Part shown: piece after piece, positions 21,001 to 33,508 of the stretch
How positions within the stretch are numbered: position 1 is the stretch's first letter
How the letters are laid out: every line of letters starts with the position of its first letter
Assembly: GCF_048403405.1 (NCBI RefSeq)
Contig: NZ_CP183129.1
Source of the DNA: Escherichia coli
GTDB lineage: Bacteria; Pseudomonadota; Gammaproteobacteria; Enterobacterales; Enterobacteriaceae
Strand: one strand, 5' to 3'
Length of the DNA: 64,000 bases
Translations under genes and position numbers: made by a program
Notes under the pieces: generated by a model
Seen by the model: the letters and a program-made list of their open reading frames with translations, nothing else
Databases searched by the model: none
What the model was told of the DNA's origin: nothing

Positions 21001-22263
21001 AGCCGGGAGCGTTACTTGCCACTGACTACCCTGACCGGTAATTTTGCCACCTTCAGCCAGTAATGACGGCGCTTCCCATTGCACATTTTTCAGTCCGTGA
21101 GTTGCTTTGCTGACCACAAGCCCCAGGGAAAGTGTCTGACCGCCCTTGCCTTCAATACGCTCAGGCAGAGCAATACGAATCACTTCAGATTTGCGGTACT
21201 CAAGAACGATGTTGTTATTACGCTCAACCAGGTCATAGCGGCTGCCTGCCAGCATTCGACGCTCGCGAATGCTGTCTGTATCGAGTTGTTTTTCCAGAGG
21301 TTCGCCAATCCGATAATTAACTTCCAGGCCAAAGCGAGTGTCATTCTCACCACTCTTGCCCTGCTTATGCCCGGCACTCAGGGTCAGAAGAGGCACTGGC
21401 GTGTAATTCACTTCAGCGGTAATCGCATGTGGATCTTTCTGGCGTTTATCTTTACCAAACAGCCCGACTTCATCGCCATAATACTGTTCATACATCAGGC
21501 TTGCGCCAAGCTGCGGCCAGGCAGGTAAATAGCCCTCAGCACGAATATCCCAGCCATTCGCCGGGCGTTCCTGATAATCCTCAACATCCGGTGATTTTTT
21601 CCAGCCAGAAGCCCGGATATAACCATTGGCGCTCAGTTTCAAATAATCACGCCAGTATTCCGCACCAACACCAATGCGGGTATGACTACGGGATAAATCA
21701 TGATCGATAAAAGTATTCACCCCCGCCATCCAGTCATTTCCTGAAAAATGACGCCAGCCAAAACCAATATTTGACTGAGTACGATCGTCGGTACGATGTA
21801 TTGCCCCCTGAGTGAACAACATATTTGTCGGCGTATCATAAATAGGATAAAGCATTTCCAGCGAAGAATCCTTCAGCGAGAAATCTTTATCGACATTCAG
21901 TTTGACGCGCGCTGTACCATATTTTCCGAGCCACTCCTGTATTTCCTGGTTAGCTTTAGCGGTGGCTATTCCGGTAATAAAATTACGTGTCGCATCGCTA
22001 TCTGGCTGACTGCTTAAAAATGTCCCGGCATTTGCGGCAAACGACGCGACATTTTTCTCCACGTTATTATCACCAGTTACCGTAGTATTTCCCATGCTCA
22101 ACCGTGGCTGAACCGCATGCTGCGCACGTGCCGCCATTACTGGGGTAAAGGTGACAGCGAGTGGAAAAAGAACCTGAACAGAGATATTTGCCCACGCCAC
22201 GCAGCGGGCCAGAACTGAATAACGAAATCGTGGTTGTTTATGACCTGTTTTATAACGTGACAT
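18010..22263 (-). CDS. fdeC: intimin/invasin-family adhesin FdeC (EaeH), full length
   Basis: Uninterrupted 1417-aa ORF; N-terminal beta-barrel region then many repeated Ig-like segments rich in T/V/A/G. Confidence 0.85.
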   Translation of the reverse strand: MSRYKTGHKQPRFRYSVLARCVAWANISVQVLFPLAVTFTPVMAARAQHAVQPRLSMGNTTVTGDNNVEKNVASFAANAGTFLSSQPDSDATRNFITGIATAKANQEIQEWLGKYGTARVKLNVDKDFSLKDSSLEMLYPIYDTPTNMLFTQGAIHRTDDRTQSNIGFGWRHFSGNDWMAGVNTFIDHDLSRSHTRIGVGAEYWRDYLKLSANGYIRASGWKKSPDVEDYQERPANGWDIRAEGYLPAWPQLGASLMYEQYYGDEVGLFGKDKRQKDPHAITAEVNYTPVPLLTLSAGHKQGKSGENDTRFGLEVNYRIGEPLEKQLDTDSIRERRMLAGSRYDLVERNNNIVLEYRKSEVIRIALPERIEGKGGQTLSLGLVVSKATHGLKNVQWEAPSLLAEGGKITGQGSQWQVTLPAYRPGKDNYYAISAVAYDNKGNASKRVQTEVVITGAGMSADRTALTLDGQSRIQMLANGNEQKPLVLSLRDAEGQPVTGMKEQIKTELTFKPAGNIVTRSLKATKSQAKPTLGEFTETEAGVYQSVFTTGTQSGEATITVSVDGMSKTVTAELRATMMDVANSTLSANEPSGDVVADGQQAYTLTLTAVDSEGNPVTGEASRLRLVPQDTNGVTVGAISEIKPGVYSATVSSTRAGNVVLRAFSEQYQLGTLQQTLKFVAGPLDAAHSSITLNPDKPVVGGTLTAIWSTKDANDNPVTSLTPEAPSLAGAAAVGSTASGWTNNGDGTWTAQITLGSTAGELEVMPKLNGQDAAANAAKVTVVADALSSNQSKVSVAEDHVKAGESTTVTLVAKDAHGNAISGLSLSASLTGTASEGATVSSWTEKGDGSYVATLTTGGKTGELRVMPLFNGQPAATEAAQLTVIAGEMSSANSTLVADNKAPTVKTTTELTFTVKDAYGNSVTGLKPDAPVFSGAASTGSERPSAGNWTEKGNGVYVATLTLGSAAGQLSVMPRVNGQNAVAQPLVLNVAGDASRAVISDMAVKVNNQLANGQSANQVTLTVVDSYGNPLQGQEVTLTLPQGVTSKTGNTVTTNAAGKADIELISTVAGELEIAAAVKNSQKTVTVKFNADASTGQANLQVDTAVQKVANGKDAFTLTATVEDKNGNPVPGTLVTFNLPRGVKPLTGDNVWVKANDEGKAELQVVSVTAGTYEITASAGNDQPSDAQTITFVADKATATVSSIEVIGIYALADGKAKQTYKVTVTDANNNLLKDSDVTLTASPASLNLEPNGTATTNEQGQAIFTATTTVAATYTLKAQVSQTNGQVSTKTAESKFVADDKNAELTASSDVQSLVADGKSTAKLEVTLFSANNPVGGNVWVDIEAPEGVTEKDYQFLPSKNDHFVSGKITRTFSTSKPGVYTFTFNALTYGGYEMKPVTVTITAVDADTAKGEEAMK

Positions 22264-22812
22264 TGAGATAATTTCCTGATGAACGAATTAACGAACATAG
22301 GCAGACACAAATAGTGGCGTCTGCTTGTCAGAAAAACCGGGAAATCCCCGATTTCCTTTTCCGCAGAAAAGGAAATACCTTTATGTAAGAAAGTACACCG
22401 CCACCTAATATATCCAGTGTCTGTAGCCACTCATCAGGTGGTTGGGCGCGGGATTATATTTTTATTTATGGGTAAAAATTTAGCTTTTTGTGCAAGTTAT
22501 TAAATAGATACCTAAGTTATATTTTTACTCTGCGGACAGTGAATAATTCATTATTCAGAGTGAATAATAATGGCCTGCCTTTAATTAACAACTATTGGAA
22601 ATACGTCGAAGTAGGTATATACGCCAGGATAAACCGATATATTTTTTATGGATATTCATTTTCCTTTATCGGACTGTAAATTGCGGGGATATCGAACTTG
22701 CACTACTCATCGCAACACTCAAACAGATTTATGAATTTCGTTCATAACCCCTGACAAATCCTGCCGTCTAATCGAGCTCTTCTCTTTACGTTATGCTTCT
22801 CATGAACGATAA

Positions 22813-25679
<2,867 letters not shown>

Positions 25680-25819
25680 CTATTATTTTAACCACATTAT
25701 TAGTAACAATGATAATCTGGCTGTATCGAAAATAATTCTAAACTTTCAGGAGATTTATTATGAATAAACGTATCCTCACGATTGCGCCATTCTTCTTACC
25801 GATATTCTGACACACATCA

Positions 25820-26746
25820 TTAACTTTCTATTTTTACTCTTTTCTCCACCATAAAATCAATAAAAGCACGAACTTTAGAGGGCATTCTCACCCGTGATGA
25901 AACATATATATAAAATCCAGGAAATGAAACGGCCCAATCCTCAAGAATCGGCTGTAACTTGCCCGCATTGATATGTTCAGCGATTGCAAAATCCAGATGT
26001 TGAATGATACCCGTTCCATTCAGCGCCATTCGTATCATGCTTTCGTCATCATTAGAAATATACTTACCTGAAACCTCTATTTCGAACTCTTCATTACCCC
26101 CCACAACATTAGAAAACTCCCATGCAGAGAGTGCACCGCTACTTTTATGCCGCAACCGAAGGCAATTATGGTTACTCAGTTCCTGAGGCGTTTCAGGAAT
26201 ACCGTGTTCTTTTAAATAATCTGGCGATGCCACAGTAACCAGTTTAATAAGCGGAGAAACAGGAACGGCAGTCATATGCTCATCCAGTCCTTGCTCAAGA
26301 CGTATGCCCACATCACAGCCGTCCGCAATAATGTTAGATAAACCGTCATCCATAATGAGTTCTATCTTTGTTTTGGGGTAACGAGTAAGAAACTCGCCAA
26401 TATGAGGCTCAACAAGCATCCGTGCTGCAACACGGGAGGAATTTATTCTCAACAGGCCTGTAGGTTCAAGTTGGGTATCACCAACATCTTTCAAAGCATC
26501 ATCAATTTGCCCCAAAGCCGACACCAGCACTTCATACAGACGCTGTCCTTCCTCAGTAAGCGACATATTGCGGGTCGTACGGTATATCAGCTTGGTGTTA
26601 AGACGTTCCTCAAGAGATTTTAAATTCTGGGACAATGCGGCCCGTGTAATACCCATTTCAGAAGCGGCTCTGGAAAAACTGCCGGCACGAACAATAAGCG
26701 CAAACCAGGCAAGAGAAGGCAAAATTGAAGGCTCTATTTTCATCAT
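25820..26746 (-). CDS. LysR-family transcriptional regulator
   Basis: ORF 25820..26809; ATG 26746 with AAGG RBS; LysR HTH (FSRAASEMGITRAALSQNLKSLEERL); divergent from hydrolase gene at 26903. Confidence 0.75.
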   Translation of the reverse strand: MMKIEPSILPSLAWFALIVRAGSFSRAASEMGITRAALSQNLKSLEERLNTKLIYRTTRNMSLTEEGQRLYEVLVSALGQIDDALKDVGDTQLEPTGLLRINSSRVAARMLVEPHIGEFLTRYPKTKIELIMDDGLSNIIADGCDVGIRLEQGLDEHMTAVPVSPLIKLVTVASPDYLKEHGIPETPQELSNHNCLRLRHKSSGALSAWEFSNVVGGNEEFEIEVSGKYISNDDESMIRMALNGTGIIQHLDFAIAEHINAGKLQPILEDWAVSFPGFYIYVSSRVRMPSKVRAFIDFMVEKRVKIES

Positions 26747-26902
26747 TGTAAACCTTAACTTAACACTGTGATAGATATTAGACCATTGATGATAACCAAT
26801 ACAAGTCATACTATTACGCCGTTCTCGATATGAACACGAATGCCAGTTGCGGATAATAGAAATGATATTTAAATCTGTTTAGGCAAATCCCCGGAGCTTG
26901 AA

Positions 26903-27823
26903 ATGAAAACTGTTTCGATAAAACATACTTACTGGGATATAGCTGCTGATATCTATTTCCCTGACGATTTTAATAGTGAAAAAAAGTATCCTGCCATTAT
27001 CAGCGCCCATCCAATTGGAAGCTGCAAAGAACAGACATCGGGCAGTGTGTATGGTGCCGCCCTGGCAAAAGCTGGCTTTATCGTCATTGCTTTTGATGCC
27101 AGTTTTCAGGGAAGCAGCGGTGGAGAACCGCGTTATCTGGAAGATCCAACAATGCGAGTAAAAGACTTCAGCATTGTCGTTGATTACCTTACCACCTTAC
27201 CTTACGTTGATGCCGGGCGTATTGGTGTACTGGGTATTTGTGGTGGAGGTGGATATGCCATTAATGCCGCAATGACAGAACGTCGAATTAAAGCTATTGG
27301 TACTGTCACGGGTGCAAACTACGGGCGTCTTATGCGTGAGGGATTTACAGCGTTTAATCCTATCGGAGCACTCGAAGCGATGGCGCAACAAAGAACAGAC
27401 GAAGCTAACGGCGCAAAACTTCGCGTAGATGATTTACTCCCCTCTTCTCCGGATGCAGCTCTTGAAGCGGGATTAACAGAAATAGACCTTTTTGAAGCCA
27501 CAGAATATTATCGTTCGCCACGAGGCTGTGCACCTAATGGGGTAAATCGTTCGCTATTCTCACATCAGACTGTTGCCGTGGGTTGGGATGCATTTCATCT
27601 TGCAGAAGTCCTGTTAACTCAACCAATAATGGTTGTGGTGGGCGATAGAGTGGGCGCATTTGGTGCCTACCGTGACGGCTGCGAAATTATTGGCCGCGCT
27701 GCCTCAAAACATAAAGAGCTGGTCGTGGTTGAAGGTTATTCACATTACGACCTGTATGATAAGCCAGAACCTGTGAAACAGGCACTCGAAAAATTAATTC
27801 CTTTTTATAAAACACATTTGTAA
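26903..27823 (+). CDS. alpha/beta-fold hydrolase with Cys at the nucleophile elbow (dienelactone-hydrolase-like)
   Basis: 306-aa ORF, GGAG RBS; motif RIGVLGICGGGGYA (G-x-C-x-G) and conserved His in YSHYDLYD; no signal peptide. Confidence 0.7.
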   Translation: MKTVSIKHTYWDIAADIYFPDDFNSEKKYPAIISAHPIGSCKEQTSGSVYGAALAKAGFIVIAFDASFQGSSGGEPRYLEDPTMRVKDFSIVVDYLTTLPYVDAGRIGVLGICGGGGYAINAAMTERRIKAIGTVTGANYGRLMREGFTAFNPIGALEAMAQQRTDEANGAKLRVDDLLPSSPDAALEAGLTEIDLFEATEYYRSPRGCAPNGVNRSLFSHQTVAVGWDAFHLAEVLLTQPIMVVVGDRVGAFGAYRDGCEIIGRAASKHKELVVVEGYSHYDLYDKPEPVKQALEKLIPFYKTHL

Positions 27824-27995
27824 TAATCTTACAGGGAGATTCCTTATCTCCCTGACATTTATCCTTTATTGACTACACAACAATAATAAAATTACTCAAA
27901 AAGAATTCTATTAAAGGAAAAAAGCATCAAAAAGTAGCAACTCAACTTATTAAGATTATACGCATTAAAATCAGATAAACATTTGAGGTATTGTT

Positions 27996-29138
27996 ATGAC
28001 AAATAAACACCCATCATTGTTTTCTCCTTTTATGCTGACAGAAAAAATAAAGCTACGTAATCGTATCGTTATGGCCCCTATGACGACCTGGTCAGCGAAT
28101 CCTGATGGAACCATCTCTGAGCAAGAACTCGAATTTTATAAACGCCGCTCACAAAATGTTGGTTTAGTAATAACAGGATGTACCTATGTCACGCCAAGCG
28201 GCATTGGGTTTACTCATGAATTTGCCGCGTATGACGACCGTTTCATTAACAGCCTTGAAAAGTTAGCAGCGGCAGCCAAAAGTGGCGGTGCTCCGGCTAT
28301 TTTGCAGATTTTCCACGCCGGTAATAAAGCCATCCCGGAGCTTGTGCCAAATAACGATGTTATTAGTGCCAGCGCATCAAGCGTAAAATCTGGTGACTTT
28401 ATGAAGAGAGTGGTACAAAGCAGGGAAATGACTGAAAACGAAATTCAGGAAACCATTAGAGCATTCGGAGATGTCACAAAAAGGGCGATTAAAGCAGGTT
28501 TTGATGGCGTTGAACTTCATGGTGCGCACGGATTCCTTCTGCAGAATTTCTTCTCCCCTCTATTTAACCAGCGTAATGACCGATGGGGAGGAGATCTTGA
28601 AGGACGTATGCGCTTCCCGCTGGCCGTATTACAGGAAGTAAAAAATGTAGTCTATGAATATGCGACAAAGCGCTTTGCTATCGGTTACAGAATATCTCCT
28701 GAAGAATCTGTAACAGGGGGGCTGCGGATAGAGGATACTTATAAACTCCTTGATCGACTCATTTCATCCGGTATTTCGTATATACATACCTCGCTGGTCA
28801 GTATTAACGATAGCTACCCTGTTGAGTCGCCAAATGGCCCCCGAACTATTGAATTGATTTTAAATCATATTGCAGGCAGAGTGCCGGTAATCGCTGCAGG
28901 TAAAATACGCACACCGTCTCAGGCTCAAGAAGCAATTTCCGCTGGCCTGCCACTTGTTGCGATCGGTAAAGGGCTGGTGATAAATCCAGAATGGGTGACT
29001 TTAGCTGAATCAGGTAGAAGCCATGAAATTCAAACAACCCTTAATCCACAACTTGTTCCTGAATTAACCATTCCGGATAAACTATGGGATCAAATTCAGG
29101 CATCGAAAGGAACTGGCTGGTTTCCGTTAATGGATTAA
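27996..29138 (+). CDS. NADH:flavin oxidoreductase, Old Yellow Enzyme family (ene-reductase)
   Basis: 380-aa ORF, GAGG RBS; OYE signatures (PMTTWSA, HGAHGFLLQNFFSP, GYRISPEE). Confidence 0.8.
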   Translation: MTNKHPSLFSPFMLTEKIKLRNRIVMAPMTTWSANPDGTISEQELEFYKRRSQNVGLVITGCTYVTPSGIGFTHEFAAYDDRFINSLEKLAAAAKSGGAPAILQIFHAGNKAIPELVPNNDVISASASSVKSGDFMKRVVQSREMTENEIQETIRAFGDVTKRAIKAGFDGVELHGAHGFLLQNFFSPLFNQRNDRWGGDLEGRMRFPLAVLQEVKNVVYEYATKRFAIGYRISPEESVTGGLRIEDTYKLLDRLISSGISYIHTSLVSINDSYPVESPNGPRTIELILNHIAGRVPVIAAGKIRTPSQAQEAISAGLPLVAIGKGLVINPEWVTLAESGRSHEIQTTLNPQLVPELTIPDKLWDQIQASKGTGWFPLMD

Positions 29139-29610
29139 ATATCTATTACTCTCCCGAGAGTAAAACTATTAAACCAATGAGTAACCGATACAGCCTCGCA
29201 AATTCTTTCAGATAATTAACTCGTCACTGCGGCACGTTCTCTCGTAAGGCGTGCCTGCTGTGTAATCCAGTATGTATCCGGCATAGTTGACGGTTTAATA
29301 GAACTCAATTCCTCTCCCAGGTCACCAACAACGATATCTTGTATAACACCCCAGGAGATACGACATTATGATGAGATGCGATATGCTCCTCAGCGCCAAT
29401 CAACGCCCGGGCTGGGCCAGTTTTGAGATCAGACTCATTCCCGGACTGACTTCAGGCGACATATATCAATGACGTTGGGGCAATAAAAGATAGCCGATGT
29501 AATACATCTATTCAAATTTGTGATACATGTCAAAAAATTGGTTGACCAAACTCGTTATTTATATAAGGGCACTTACGAAGTGCACTCTTTTTTAAAGCGA
29601 GGAAGTACCA

Positions 29611-29712
29611 ATGAAAGAGAATAAAGTACAACAAATCAGTCATAAACTGATTAATATCGTTGTTTTTGTCGCAATTGTAGAATACGCCTATTTATTTCTC
29701 CATTTCTATTAA
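29611..29712 (+). CDS. 33-aa hydrophobic small protein (YkgR-like)
   Basis: ATG 29611 preceded by GAGGAAG; encodes MKENKVQQISHKLINIVVFVAIVEYAYLFLHFY; below the 60-aa ORF track cutoff. Confidence 0.4.
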   Translation: MKENKVQQISHKLINIVVFVAIVEYAYLFLHFY

Positions 29713-30037
29713 TAACGGCAATAAACTGTTCACTTCAGTGATATTAAAAAATATGCATCCTCTCCCTTTTTTGTAAGTAATTATTATATCCGTGGGAGAG
29801 GAATACACGCTGTCCGGCAATCAAACTGCGATAAATCATCGGCCAGTAAAATGGAGATAGCCTCCATTCTCGAAAAATTCATACTCTCAGCGAAACCATC
29901 ACTCATCAAGGCGTTTATGGGAGCGTCGCCAATGGCTGCTAACAATGCCAGACTTCCCCGTTACCGAAATTCCACATACCACAAATGGTCACAGGGATTG
30001 GGTGTTGAAATGATCCGGATGAGCATGTATCTTTATG

Positions 30038-30058
30038 GTTATGTTATAACATAACAGG
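30038..30058 (+). promoter_or_regulatory. Zur box overlapping the ykgM promoter
   Basis: Perfect palindrome ATGTTATAACAT at 30041-30052, within 25 bp of the ykgM start; matches the GAAATGTTATAnTATAACATTTC-type Zur operator. Confidence 0.5.
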
Positions 30059-30063
30059 TAAAA

Positions 30064-30330
30064 ATGATGAAGCCCAATATCCATCCTGAGTATCGTACTG
30101 TGGTGTTCCATGACACCAGTGTTGATGAGTACTTTAAAATCGGCTCGACTATCAAAACAGACCGTGAGATTGAGCTGGATGGCGTAACGTATCCGTACGT
30201 GACAATTGATGTCTCTTCTAAATCGCACCCGTTCTATACAGGGAAGCTGAGAACAGTGGCATCAGAAGGAAATGTTGCACGATTCACCCAACGTTTTGGT
30301 CGTTTTGTTAGCACGAAAAAGGGGGCATGA
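30064..30330 (+). CDS. ykgM: ribosomal protein L31 paralog (zinc-independent) YkgM
   Basis: Translation [24 protein letters not shown]...; lacks the CxxC zinc ribbon; start 30064 or 30067. Confidence 0.9.
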
Positions 30331-30470
30331 TGAAAGTCCTTAACTCTCTGCGTACCGCAAAAGAACGCCATCCAGACTGTCAGATTGTGAAGCGAAAAGG
30401 ACGGCTATATGTGATTTGTAAATCTAATCCACGTTTTAAGGCCGTTCAGGGTCGTAAGAAAAAACGTTGA
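30330..30470 (+). CDS. ykgO: ribosomal protein L36 paralog YkgO
   Basis: 46-aa [49 protein letters not shown]; ATGA overlap with ykgM stop. Confidence 0.85.
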   Translation: MKVLNSLRTAKERHPDCQIVKRKGRLYVICKSNPRFKAVQGRKKKR

Positions 30471-30498
30471 TTCAAAATTCGACGAATTAACGATATTT

Positions 30499-30558
30499 GT
30501 CTGATTAATAATCAGACCGGATTAATGTTGGTGTATTTATTACACCAGCATTAATTTT
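30499..30558 (+). terminator. tandem hairpins ending the ykgM-ykgO operon
   Basis: GTCTGATT-aat-AATCAGAC (30499-30517), then 15/16 inverted repeat ATTAATGTTGGTGTA...TTACACCAGCATTAAT (30521-30554) followed by TTTT. Confidence 0.5.
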
Positions 30559-31484
30559 CCTGGGGATGTATCTTCCTGTTCATTTAAGGTCAACTGCCTG
30601 ACGTTTCTCTCCGAATATTCCATTATATTAATGTTGACTTGTTGACCAGGTGCGCCCTGTATGCTGGCATCAACTCTCTTTTAGACTGAACACGCCACTC
30701 AGTTTCCTCCCTTTGCGACGCAGCCTGCATTTACACTCAAACGGTTAAGATGATAAATGTGGTAAATCTGTTGGTACTGACATAAAAACGTTTACGCCAC
30801 AGGAACGGCCTGATCCACCGGTAACCCCATCGCCGACGTTCGAGTGCCAGTTAGAGTAACGCGCACAGATGACTGAATGCAGTGCCCTGGCAAAGAGGCC
30901 ATCGTTCCTGTGACAACTGGCAGTCTTCGTTTAACTTCACTTAATTTGGCTCTTAGGGGGCTTACCGGACAGATGACGTACTTACACCTGTTTAATTTTT
31001 CATCACTTATTGGGATGAACACCCATAACCATTTTGTGCGGCATGTTAATCCATTAAAACACCTTACTGATTGGCAAATCATCTTTAATTATGACTCATG
31101 ATAGTTTTATATTCTATTTCTTATCATTTAAACTTGTTTTTTTACTAGTCCATTACACAACACATTAAGACTATTCCTAACACCTCAGGGCAAAGTTCCT
31201 GGCTAATATAAAATGCAAGTAAGAATTGAACGTTATATTGCCAATAACCTTATGAAACTGAATGTCTTTTTCTTCTTATCAAAAAAGCAATATTTTCATT
31301 TTTTGTAAATATTGACTTAACCATGGAATTCCTTTTCTGTTCACATATTGACACTCATCAGGAAAAAAACATAAATTTAAACCTAATCGAAATAATTAAA
31401 ACTTAATCTCGTTTAATCTATATTGATATGTGCTACGTATCTTATTTACTTCCGATTTACTAAAGAAACTGAATGTACCTGTAA

Positions 31485-32096
<612 letters not shown>

Positions 32097-32170
32097 ACTC
32101 CAGGCAAGTTAGTTTTAAAAAATGACTCACAGGGACATCACGTCCTCAATTCAACTCGGGAAGAAAAGCA

Positions 32171-32758
32171 ATGAAAAAAAAGGTTCTGGCAATAGCTCTG
32201 GTAACGGTGTTTACCGGCATGGGTGTGGCGCAGGCTGCTGACGTAACAGCTCAGGCTGTAGCGACCTGGTCAGCAACAGCCAAAAAAGACACCACCAGTA
32301 AGCTGGTTGTGACGCCACTCGGTAGCCTGGCGTTCCAGTATGCCGAAGGCATTAAAGGTTTTAACTCACAGAAAGGTCTATTTGACGTAGCTATCGAGGG
32401 TGACTCAACGGCTACCGCCTTTAAACTGACCTCACGTCTTATCACCAACACCTTAACCCAGTTGGATACCTCAGGTTCCACACTGAATGTGGGCGTTGAT
32501 TATAACGGCGCGGCAGTCGAAAAAACTGGCGATACCGTGATGATCGATACCGCCAACGGCGTACTGGGCGGCAACCTTAGCCCACTGGCTAACGGTTACA
32601 ATGCCAGCAATCGTACCACCGCACAGGATGGTTTCACTTTCTCCATCATCAGCGGCACCACCAATGGTACCACCGCAGTAACCGATTACAGCACTCTACC
32701 GGAAGGCATCTGGAGCGGCGACGTTAGCGTACAGTTCGACGCTACCTGGACCAGTTAA
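32171..32758 (+). CDS. ecpA: E. coli common pilus major subunit EcpA (MatB)
   Basis: 195-aa ORF with signal peptide [22 protein letters not shown]. Confidence 0.9.
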
Positions 32759-32773
32759 TCTCTCTGATGTACC

Positions 32774-32799
32774 AGCAGGGGTACCCCCCTGCTTTATTC
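32774..32799 (+). terminator. stem-loop between ecpA and ecpB (partial terminator/attenuator)
   Basis: AGCAGGGG-tacc-CCCCTGCT followed by TTATT, 16 nt after the ecpA stop; expected for a highly expressed major pilin gene. Confidence 0.45.
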
Positions 32800-32814
32800 C
32801 TGGACGGAATTGTT

Positions 32815-33483
32815 ATGAAAAAGCACCTTCTGCCTCTCGCTCTGCTGTTTTCCGGAATATCTCCGGCCCAGGCGCTGGATGTCGGCGATATATCATCGTT
32901 TATGAACAGTGACAGCAGCACGCTGAGCAAAACGATCCAAAACAGTACCGACAGTGGCCGCCTCATCAATATCCGTCTCGAACGGCTCTCTTCACCGCTT
33001 GACGACGGGCAGGTTATCGCAATGGACAAGCCGGATGAGTTGCTACTCACTCCCGCTAGCTTGCTGCTACCCGCCCAAGCCAGCGAAGTGATCCGCTTCT
33101 TCTATAAGGGACCAGCAGATGAAAAAGAGCGCTACTACCGCATTGTCTGGTTTGATCAGGCCCTCAGTGATGCGCAGCGCGATAATGCCAACCGTAGCGC
33201 TGTGGCCACTGCTTCCGCCCGCATCGGCACCATTCTGGTCGTCGCCCCCCGCCAGGCGAACTACCACTTTCAGTACGCCAACGGCTCCCTGACAAATACA
33301 GGAAATGCGACGCTGCGGATCCTCGCCTACGGCCCCTGCCTGAAAGCCGCCAATGGTAAGGAGTGTAAAGAGAATTACTACCTGATGCCGGGCAAGTCGC
33401 GTCGTTTTACCCGCGTGGACACGGCGGATAACAAAGGACGGGTTGCACTTTGGCAGGGTGATAAGTTCATTCCCGTGAAATAG
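32815..33483 (+). CDS. ecpB: pilus chaperone EcpB (MatC)
   Basis: ORF 32767..33483; ATG 32815 gives signal peptide [20 protein letters not shown], 222 aa. Confidence 0.85.
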
Positions 33484-33508
33484 ATAGCTGTGCAGATGGA
33501 TAACGACA

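Noticed and set aside
21079-21528. 149-aa plus-strand ORF inside fdeC
   Set aside because: Antisense to the N-terminal barrel region of the continuous fdeC frame.
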